DNA from: Bacillota bacterium | GTDB taxonomy: Bacteria > Bacillota > Clostridia > Saccharofermentanales > DTU023 | Length of the DNA: 64,000 nucleotides | Reading direction: 5' to 3' | Assembly (NCBI GenBank): GCA_023389255.1 | Contig: JAEWER010000037.1 | Location: 65,833-129,832, forward strand | In this document: piece after piece, positions 57,085-64,000 of the stretch | How positions within the stretch are numbered: the stretch's first letter is position 1 | How the letters are laid out: every line of letters starts with the position of its first letter | The notes under the pieces: model-generated | What the model saw: only the letters and a program-made list of their open reading frames with translations | Databases searched by the model: none | What the model was told of the DNA's origin: nothing | Made by a program: the position numbers and the translations under genes

Positions 57085-57908
57085 AAATAGGCTCCAAATA
57101 AAATGATGGCAAGACCAACCCCTAGAGCCAAGGCTAGCGCAATTAGAATAGCTTCCAAACCACGAGCAGCAGCTGAAATATAGTCGCCCGCAATAACGTC
57201 ACGGATAGCATTTGTAAAGCTGGTTCCAGGTAAAAGAGGCATCAGCGCTCCTGCAACTAAGGCATCTAGAGCTGCCCCCGTGATGAAATAGCGCTGCGTT
57301 ATAACCGCTACACTGGCTGTCATAAAAGCAGATAAAAAGTTAGCTACAAAACCTTCTATGCGGATGTAGCGCACTAGAATATTTACCAAAATGATACCGA
57401 CGGCTATCGGCAAGGAGCCTATAGCGTCGATCAAACGACCACTGAGCAAGGCAACAAAGGAGCTGATCATTACCAAAATGGCAAGATTTTTTTGCCACGG
57501 CGCATAGGCTGGCTTAGACAACTGATTCATCTTGGCAGCTGCTTGCTTAAAAGTGAGTTTATGCTCTGCTAGATCACGGGACAATTGGTTGACTTCTGCA
57601 ATACGCAATAGGTTTAAGCTACGTTCGCTCACCCTACAGACACGGGTAAAAGGTTGCCCATTATCGGGAGAAATCAAGGTAGCAATTAGACTGGTGCCCA
57701 TCGCATTGGCATCGTATTCATCGGATCCAGATAAACTCAAGATACGCATTGTCGTATTTTCAACGCGAAAAGTTTCGGCACCAGAACTGAGTAAAATAAC
57801 TCCTGCTTGCATAGCCACAGACATCACAGCTTGCGGTGTGATCTCGTCATCAGTTGGCAATTCTTGCACATTTAATTGTTCAACTGTCGCCTGTTTTCTC
57901 AGTAGCAT
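57081..57908 (-). CDS. Threonine/serine exporter family, ThrE N-terminal-half protein (DUF1212-like)
   Basis: LLSSGAETFRVENT... signature, followed by TM helices. Confidence 0.7.
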   Translation of the reverse strand: MLLRKQATVEQLNVQELPTDDEITPQAVMSVAMQAGVILLSSGAETFRVENTTMRILSLSGSDEYDANAMGTSLIATLISPDNGQPFTRVCRVSERSLNLLRIAEVNQLSRDLAEHKLTFKQAAAKMNQLSKPAYAPWQKNLAILVMISSFVALLSGRLIDAIGSLPIAVGIILVNILVRYIRIEGFVANFLSAFMTASVAVITQRYFITGAALDALVAGALMPLLPGTSFTNAIRDVIAGDYISAAARGLEAILIALALALGVGLAIILFGAYL

Positions 57909-57913
57909 CTTTA

Positions 57914-59695
57914 CTAATTACCTTTGCTTGTGAGTAGTTCCTTGATGGTAGCAACTAACTCATCAACATATATTTCGGATACGCTCGGCGCTACACTACC
58001 CGAATAAGCCGCTCTCGGAATTGGTACAGAGGTTTCTAGCGCTAAGCGATTAAGAATTTCGTTGTAAGTCTTATATTTGAGTTCTTTGGCGGAAAAAAGT
58101 GTACGCGCAAGCATCTTTGCTGATAACAACGCATTTTCCGTAACCACGTAGAGTATGGGTGATTTTTGATGATTGAAATAACGATTAGTGACAGCCAATA
58201 AAACGCCTGTTACTGGATCAAACAAGTAATCACTCATATCGTAGTATTCACGCAAGACATCGGATACTTCTTTGGTATCAATGAAATTGCTGAAGATGTA
58301 GGGATAAATTCCTTTGCGTTTTTTGCTTCCTACCTGCAGGCGTACCTGCCCTTTTAGTTTCATCTTTTCAATGACTTGAGCGATCACTTCGCTGTTGCCA
58401 TCGCTGATCATGTAGATTAAACGCCACAAATTAGGTGAATATACATGATCCAGACTGGGAGTATTAGTACGAACAAAGCGTCGATTGATATTGTAGACTC
58501 CAGTAGTTAAAAATTCTGAGGCTAGCCTATTGCGATCTGTGGCAACGATCGTATTCTCAATTGCAAGTCCCATTTTAGTCGCTAACATGCTAGCTACTGT
58601 CCAGTCAAAATCTGGAGCTGGCACAGCGAGTCGCATCTCTTTTACGGATGGGAAGTGCGGATTTTTCCGCAAATCGATGTACGCAGAGATCAGAATAATC
58701 ACTTCCGCTAAAACAGCGCTAAAAGTGTGCTGATCAACACAAGATAAATTAATTTGTTGTTCTGCTAATTCTTGGCGTAAACCTAAGTTAGACAGCAATG
58801 TGTACACTGCTTGTTCTGTTTGCTGAGGCTTGCCTTTGAGCAAAAACAAGGGCAAATCACGGTGGGCGACTTGAGATAGACAAGAAGCTAAATCGGTGTC
58901 GCTCAAATCATCTGCAGTCGTGTAAAGGCGCTCACCAGTGTTATCTCTAACTCCCTCTAACAATTCTTCGCTACGCTTTTGATTTTCACTGTTATATTTA
59001 CCGCCGAATTTTGCTTGCTCACGTGAAATTTCTTCCATAAAGTCTGCATCTAACAGACCTGTTGCAACTCCTCTTTTTTCTTTGGTAGGCTGCATTAAGG
59101 TCAGAGGATCTGCGACTGTGTATTCTGCACACGAAAGTGGGCGTTGCCACAACGATTTGAGCTCCTTGAAAGCAAACTGATCGCCAGAATTTTGATCAGC
59201 TAAAAAGATAGGATGCCAGAGCTCGTCCACATTCGCTTGTACTGCCATGGCTTTCATATTGGCAATGTTGGGGCCACACAGTACATAACCGCCCTGCTCA
59301 CCTGCTAAATGTCGCAAGCAACTCATCTGAAAACCAACTATGAAATCGTGGTAAGTACCAGTAGGTCCACGATCTAAGAAAGTGAAAAACTCACGGTTTT
59401 GATAGTCGTTAAGCCCGTGTGTAACCGTATTTTGACGCTCATAGAAATAATGATTATCAAAGGCATCGGCACATATTTTAGCAATGATGTGCTCACTCAA
59501 CTCAGGTGCAAACAGCTTTACTACCTGAGTTGCTCTTTCCGTAAAGCTTAAATTTTGCCAGCGCTCCACAAAATCATCTGGCAATCTAGGAATATGTGTC
59601 GGCCAAAAACTGCCTCCGGTGGGTGGTACACCTAACATTACCGTTTCGGCAAAGGTATACTGCACCGTCGGATCTTGAATATTGATGTAGTGCAT
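57914..59695 (-). CDS. Threonine-synthase-like protein, highly diverged, with predicted loss of PLP-binding residues and an insertion of about 170 aa
   Basis: Aligned by eye to E. coli ThrC. The N-terminal domain is conserved. GPTLAFKDF becomes GPTGTYHDF (Lys to His), ATSGDTG becomes CGPNIAN, and VPSGNFGD becomes VPAPDFDW. ATNVNDTVPRFL aligns to ATDRNRLASEFL and NAMDVSQPNNWPR to PSLDHVYSPNLWR. Confidence 0.6.
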   Translation of the reverse strand: MHYINIQDPTVQYTFAETVMLGVPPTGGSFWPTHIPRLPDDFVERWQNLSFTERATQVVKLFAPELSEHIIAKICADAFDNHYFYERQNTVTHGLNDYQNREFFTFLDRGPTGTYHDFIVGFQMSCLRHLAGEQGGYVLCGPNIANMKAMAVQANVDELWHPIFLADQNSGDQFAFKELKSLWQRPLSCAEYTVADPLTLMQPTKEKRGVATGLLDADFMEEISREQAKFGGKYNSENQKRSEELLEGVRDNTGERLYTTADDLSDTDLASCLSQVAHRDLPLFLLKGKPQQTEQAVYTLLSNLGLRQELAEQQINLSCVDQHTFSAVLAEVIILISAYIDLRKNPHFPSVKEMRLAVPAPDFDWTVASMLATKMGLAIENTIVATDRNRLASEFLTTGVYNINRRFVRTNTPSLDHVYSPNLWRLIYMISDGNSEVIAQVIEKMKLKGQVRLQVGSKKRKGIYPYIFSNFIDTKEVSDVLREYYDMSDYLFDPVTGVLLAVTNRYFNHQKSPILYVVTENALLSAKMLARTLFSAKELKYKTYNEILNRLALETSVPIPRAAYSGSVAPSVSEIYVDELVATIKELLTSKGN

Positions 59696-59742
59696 GCACA
59701 CTCCTTAATTCTTATTACTAAATAACAAATTGCTCTCTATCT

Positions 59743-60630
59743 CTAATGCTTTGTTGTTGCTGCTGATACTTGTGTCGATGGTGAACTTGTTGCTACTGCT
59801 TCGCTGACCTTAGTGGTATGTGTAGCGTCTTCTTTTCCTGTTATGGCATTCCCACTAAATTTTTGTCCGTAGGCTTGATAGATATTCTGTACTGCAGGAT
59901 CAGCACTATTTTGCAGTTGCTCTTCCAGCCAGGATACGCGCTGCAGATATTCTTGATAATCTCGATCCCGTTGCATAATACTGGGTCTAACAATGGCGTA
60001 GAACAGCAAGAAGAGTACAGCCACCACCAAGACACCAATCACGGTAAATTTTCGGTTCAATTCTTTTTCGCGTACTCTTTCTTCACCTGCTAAGCGTAAT
60101 TGATCCCCTAGACGTCTGCTTCTTCTCTCTGCTTCTTCTCGCTCTTGCTTAGTCGCTAAACGCAAGCTAGTTTTTCGTGGCTTATAGGTAGATGCTTTTT
60201 CGAGTAATTGACCCAAAGCAATATTGCGATTAACTCTTTGTAGTTGCTTAGTCTTAATTTGCTTGCGCATCAACTGACGACGCTTTTGGTTTAAGACTTG
60301 CTCAACTGCCAACGCTTGCTGTTCAACTTGCAAGCGACGCTCTTCGCTCAAGTTCATCAGCTTTAATTTCTGCAATTGTTGCGAAGCTAAAAGCCAGTCT
60401 TGACGGCTAGCCAGTAGTACTGCATACAGATGATTGGCTTCAATAAATTGGGGGAATTGACTGCTGAGTTGCTTTAATTCTGATTCTGGCAAAATACCTT
60501 TCAACCTAAATTGGCGCAAAAATTTGTTGTATTGCAAAATAGCCCGTTCCACTTTTTTGGCAGGTGCGAACAAGTAGGCATCAGTCGCTTCTAATGGTTG
60601 AAATAACTCTAGTTGTTTTTGCCAGTTCAC
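59743..60630 (-). CDS. Hypothetical single-pass membrane protein with Gln/Arg-rich coiled-coil regions
   Basis: One TM segment (FTVIGVLVVAVLFLLFYAIV). No recognisable catalytic motif. Confidence 0.5.
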   Translation of the reverse strand: MNWQKQLELFQPLEATDAYLFAPAKKVERAILQYNKFLRQFRLKGILPESELKQLSSQFPQFIEANHLYAVLLASRQDWLLASQQLQKLKLMNLSEERRLQVEQQALAVEQVLNQKRRQLMRKQIKTKQLQRVNRNIALGQLLEKASTYKPRKTSLRLATKQEREEAERRSRRLGDQLRLAGEERVREKELNRKFTVIGVLVVAVLFLLFYAIVRPSIMQRDRDYQEYLQRVSWLEEQLQNSADPAVQNIYQAYGQKFSGNAITGKEDATHTTKVSEAVATSSPSTQVSAATTKH

Positions 60631-60632
60631 TT

Positions 60633-62027
60633 TTAACCTCTCAATTTGGAAATAAAAGGTCGCACCGCACCAACTAAGTATAGTGATCCTGCAACCACTA
60701 CCGCTCTTTGCGCCTTTTCAGCTTGTATATCAAGCGCTAATTGCACAGCTGCTACTGCATCTGTCTGTTTATTATAATGGCATTTTTGTCCTTTTTTAGA
60801 CACCATCTTTTGCTCACATAATTGCAAGAGTTTCGTTGCCTCCATGCTACGAGCAATAGGTGGTTCTGTGACTACTAGTTCGGCTATTTTATAGGATCCA
60901 TGCAAGAGCACATCTAGCATCTGCTCTACTTGTTTATCTTGAAGAATACCTAACACTAAGATAATTTCCTGCTCAGCATAGCGCTCGTTTAAGTAATTAC
61001 GTAAAACCTGACACCCTTGTAGGTTATGAGCACCATCTAACAAGATATCTGGTTCTTTGGCTATCAGCTCTAATCTGCCAGCCCACGTTGTCGCTTCAAC
61101 ACCATCTTTGAGTTGATCAATATCGATTAGCTTTAAACTCTGCAAAGCTGTAATCGCTAAAGAGGCGTTGAGCAGTTGATGTTTTCCCTCAAGCTTTAGT
61201 GTAAATTGTTCGCCCAAAAGCCGAAAACTCTGTCCATCAGGTAAAAGCGTGCGCTCCGTAATATCTGTATAACCCACTTCTGTGAGCGGTGCCTTTAATT
61301 CGCTAGCACGTTTGCTGATGACTTTTCGCGCTTCTGCAGCCTCTTGCTCATTGTGCTCACAATCGGCTATACGTGTTAAAAATACAGGAACTTCTCGCTT
61401 GATAATACCTGCCTTTTCGAAAGCAATCTCCGCCAGACTATTGCCCAGTCGCTCCATGTGATCGTAACCCAAAGCTGTGATGAGACAAGCAAGCGGTTTA
61501 GTCACCACATTGGTTGAATCTAACCTACCACCAAGACCTGTTTCTAACACTAGATAATCACAGTTAGCGTCGGCAAAATATACGAATGCTACAGCCGTCA
61601 GCAATTCAAATTCTGTGGCTGCGTCTCCCGTTTTTTCATACAAGCGTTTAGCTTCTTGTACAACTTTAGACAAGATACTTCTAAATTTCTCATCACTGAT
61701 TTCGGCACTGCTAGGATTGGCTTTGAATTCTTTCAATCCTTGTTTACCTGTGATAATGCGTATGCGCTCATGAAATCGCTCTAAATAAGGGGAAGTAAAC
61801 CACCCAACTTTATAATCAGCGCTAGCTAGCACATGCGTACAAATACTACTGGTAGAACCTTTACCGTTAGTACCTGCAATATGAATCGTCGGAATCTGTT
61901 GTTCTGGATTACCTAATGCAGCTAACAGCGCACTGATACGTTCTAAACCTGGTTTAATACCTAGGCTCTGCGCCTGGTTTAGGTAGTCCATTGCTTCTTG
62001 AAAATCGCCTAATAGATGCTTACTCAT
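60633..62027 (-). CDS. folC: Folylpolyglutamate synthase / dihydrofolate synthase
   Basis: IHIAGTNGKGST P-loop and Mur-ligase architecture. Confidence 0.9.
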   Translation of the reverse strand: MSKHLLGDFQEAMDYLNQAQSLGIKPGLERISALLAALGNPEQQIPTIHIAGTNGKGSTSSICTHVLASADYKVGWFTSPYLERFHERIRIITGKQGLKEFKANPSSAEISDEKFRSILSKVVQEAKRLYEKTGDAATEFELLTAVAFVYFADANCDYLVLETGLGGRLDSTNVVTKPLACLITALGYDHMERLGNSLAEIAFEKAGIIKREVPVFLTRIADCEHNEQEAAEARKVISKRASELKAPLTEVGYTDITERTLLPDGQSFRLLGEQFTLKLEGKHQLLNASLAITALQSLKLIDIDQLKDGVEATTWAGRLELIAKEPDILLDGAHNLQGCQVLRNYLNERYAEQEIILVLGILQDKQVEQMLDVLLHGSYKIAELVVTEPPIARSMEATKLLQLCEQKMVSKKGQKCHYNKQTDAVAAVQLALDIQAEKAQRAVVVAGSLYLVGAVRPFISKLRG

Positions 62028-62469
62028 AATCACTCTTAAATACAAATAATTTGCCGACTAAGTAGTTACCAGCAACCACTAAAAACTGTACTAGAATTTT
62101 GCTCCAATATAGCTTGATACCCAAAAATGTACTCACTGGATCAAAAGCTAAAATTTCGATCAAAAGATACATGCCTCCCTGTTCGAAAATCAAGGAAATC
62201 AGCCCTCTGCTGATGAAGAATGAACATATTTCGGGTAAAACAGCCTGCTTGGAGCGAAAAACATAGCGTCTGTTAACCGCATAAGCAAAAATAATCGAGA
62301 TAATAATTGCAATCGCATTCAGCCAAAACCAGTAACGGTGACCAAATTGAGCGATCAACAAGTTATAACAGACAAAATTAACCAGTGTGGTCAGTACCCC
62401 ACAGATTAAGTACACAATAATTTCTCGCCAGTTTAACCAGCTCTTAGTTTGCTGAATTTGTTCGCACAT
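62020..62469 (-). CDS. GtrA-family membrane protein
   Basis: 149 aa, 4 TM segments, YLICGVLTTLVNFVCYNLL. Confidence 0.75.
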   Translation of the reverse strand: MCEQIQQTKSWLNWREIIVYLICGVLTTLVNFVCYNLLIAQFGHRYWFWLNAIAIIISIIFAYAVNRRYVFRSKQAVLPEICSFFISRGLISLIFEQGGMYLLIEILAFDPVSTFLGIKLYWSKILVQFLVVAGNYLVGKLFVFKSDYE

Positions 62470-62486
62470 ATCTTGCCATTATAATA

Positions 62487-63815
62487 CTAGCGATACAGCG
62501 GTATATAAAAATCATGCGGATAAGCGATCAAGCCTTCGCTCAAATAATGTTCATATGTATGAGTTGCTTCGTTTTCCGGTCCTAAAATATTTGCCATGTA
62601 CTGATGATGCATCTTGCCCAAACCAGCATTGAGATCAAACTTTTGGTAGAAAAGAGTATTTTGACCACTGGCGATATATTCTTCACTAATAAACTTTGCA
62701 CCACCAACAATGGACTTTTCAGGATCAGTCCACGGTAATTGATAGAGTTTATTCTTCACTTGATCACTATAACCTTTAGCAGCAAAGCGCAAACCATTCA
62801 GCACAGGATCTTCACCAGCTGTCGCACCGATGTTATAGAAATTGTAGTAACCAGGTTGCTCTGCTACCGTGCCTGAAACTGATGGACTACTCTCAATTCC
62901 AACTTCTTGCAAAATACGGGATACAAGATATAACGGACTGACGTTTGCCTCCTTGGCTGCGCGCCAAATAATATCTGTATAACTGGCAGTTAGTGAGCGC
63001 TTCGCACCAGTCGCATCTGTGTAAACAACTGGCTCATCTCCAGCCATGAATGTTTTAGCTAAAACAGCTCTTAGCTGTTCTTTGCTGATATTTGAACCCT
63101 GAAAATCTAGGGCTTCATATTGCCAGATATGTTTTAAGTTAAGAAAATTAGTTGCTGTTAATTGTCTGCGCAAAGCTGTCTTTGACGGTGCTACCCAACC
63201 TGGCTCATATTGCACATAGTAGCCATCTGCAGTTAGGTCTGCCGTTGCTTCAGATATATCTTCTTCATCTGAATTAAGTGGAATTAAATTTTTGCCTGTG
63301 CCGGGTTGATATTGTTCCGCTACAACTTCTTCTAAGGTAAAAGGATGTTTGATTCCCTTGAATTGCCAATACGGGAAAAGGCGATGCAATAGTAACAAGT
63401 GTTTTCTTTGTTCAGTGTTAAATCCCTGCGCTTCCCAAATACGCATTTGCAAACGTTCAGCCATGGTAACTGGTAACAATTCAGTGTAATCAGGCACTTT
63501 ACCTAAGTAGCTTAGGTGCACATAGCCCTCAGTTGCTTCGTTTGCTACTTGTATTTTGACCTTCGCCCAACTAGTCTGTCCAAAAACTTCTTGTCCCTCC
63601 ACTATATCTTCTACTTGAACTTTTTGACCTTCTGGCAATTGCAACAAAACATCGCTTTCAACTGATGCCTCACTGCGCATGTTAATCATTCCTGCACCAT
63701 TGATCTCGCTCAAAAATGGGAAATCAATTTTATTCTTAGAATTAAATAAGGGATACAGACAGAAAATTAGTAAGCCTAAGCAAATGACCATTAAAAAACA
63801 AATTACTTTTTTCAT
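62487..63815 (-). CDS. Peptidoglycan hydrolase: SH3b-like domain plus glucosaminidase (GH73-like) domain
   Basis: N-terminal anchor. SH3-like MINMRSEASVESDVLLQLPEGQKVQV. C-terminal LVSRILQEVG...YNFYNIGA...QNTLFYQKFD. Confidence 0.7.
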   Translation of the reverse strand: MKKVICFLMVICLGLLIFCLYPLFNSKNKIDFPFLSEINGAGMINMRSEASVESDVLLQLPEGQKVQVEDIVEGQEVFGQTSWAKVKIQVANEATEGYVHLSYLGKVPDYTELLPVTMAERLQMRIWEAQGFNTEQRKHLLLLHRLFPYWQFKGIKHPFTLEEVVAEQYQPGTGKNLIPLNSDEEDISEATADLTADGYYVQYEPGWVAPSKTALRRQLTATNFLNLKHIWQYEALDFQGSNISKEQLRAVLAKTFMAGDEPVVYTDATGAKRSLTASYTDIIWRAAKEANVSPLYLVSRILQEVGIESSPSVSGTVAEQPGYYNFYNIGATAGEDPVLNGLRFAAKGYSDQVKNKLYQLPWTDPEKSIVGGAKFISEEYIASGQNTLFYQKFDLNAGLGKMHHQYMANILGPENEATHTYEHYLSEGLIAYPHDFYIPLYR

Positions 63816-63818
63816 AGT

Positions 63819-64000
63819 CTAGGCTTTGCTCAGTTGATCCAATGTTTTACCAAATGAAGGTAACGCAACTTGCATAAAATAATTTAATTCGGGTAAATCG
63901 TAGCTATCTAATTTTGTTTTAATCGTTTGCTCTGCATCTAAGAAGTCTTGATTACCAGCATTAGCTTCTGCTAAGCATTTAATATAGGCAGAAAGCACAT
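63819..64000 (-). CDS. C-terminal fragment of an unidentified CDS (5' part lies outside the window)
   Basis: Hand translation of the minus strand is open from the window edge to TAG at 63819-63821: ...VLSAYIKCLAEANAGNQDFLDAEQTIKTKLDSYDLPELNYFMQVALPSFGKTLDQLSKA*. Confidence 0.4.
   Translation of the reverse strand, partial: VLSAYIKCLAEANAGNQDFLDAEQTIKTKLDSYDLPELNYFMQVALPSFGKTLDQLSKA

Noticed and set aside
1-64000. Mobile elements, prophage, defence islands, toxin-antitoxin pairs
   Set aside because: No transposase, integrase or recombinase motifs, no terminal inverted repeats, no tRNA-flanked island and no abrupt compositional shift was seen. Gene content is housekeeping throughout.

Overview
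This 64-kb window is core chromosome from a low-GC (about 41%) Gram-positive bacterium that looks Bacillota/Clostridia-like. The taxonomic hints are a CIRCE-hrcA-grpE-dnaK-dnaJ operon with hemW upstream, an LPXTG-type surface protein, and GGAGG-type ribosome-binding sites. I support about 55 CDSs, one tRNA-Gln(CUG), roughly 13 hairpin terminators and several operator-like repeats. I found no rRNA, CRISPR array, transposase, integrase, prophage or recognisable defence genes.

Gene content:
- Translation and housekeeping: rpsD, rplM-rpsI, gltX, glnS, hisS-aspS, lepA, prfC, tsaB/tsaE/rimI, secDF, lepB and folC.
- Cell wall: PBP1A, VanW/G5, NlpC/P60, an S11 carboxypeptidase, a GH73-like glucosaminidase, and GT2 plus GtrA.
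- A LacI-regulated FGGY sugar kinase.
- A LysR/cysteine-desulfurase/YedE/YedF/DUF3343 sulfur- or selenium-trafficking cluster.
- A LemA-DUF2207 pair.

The window is mostly ordinary. The items most worth a second look are:
1. An uncharacterised three-gene cluster just upstream of the heat-shock operon. It holds a DUF5685-like protein with phytoene/squalene-synthase-like Asp-rich motifs, a J-like protein without HPD that ends in a cysteine string and a CaaX-like CSCM, and a small polytopic membrane protein. It is preceded by three TTATCGAT palindromes phased at exactly 11 bp.
2. A diverged threonine-synthase homologue whose PLP-binding residues appear lost, sitting directly upstream of a split ThrE-type exporter.
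3. An in-frame RluD-like pseudouridine synthase fused to HemW.
4. Tandem CIRCE operators, one of which overlaps the promoter.
5. A 588-bp ORF-free convergent spacer carrying three terminator hairpins, which may encode an ncRNA.

All functional calls rest on motifs read by eye; no database search was run.
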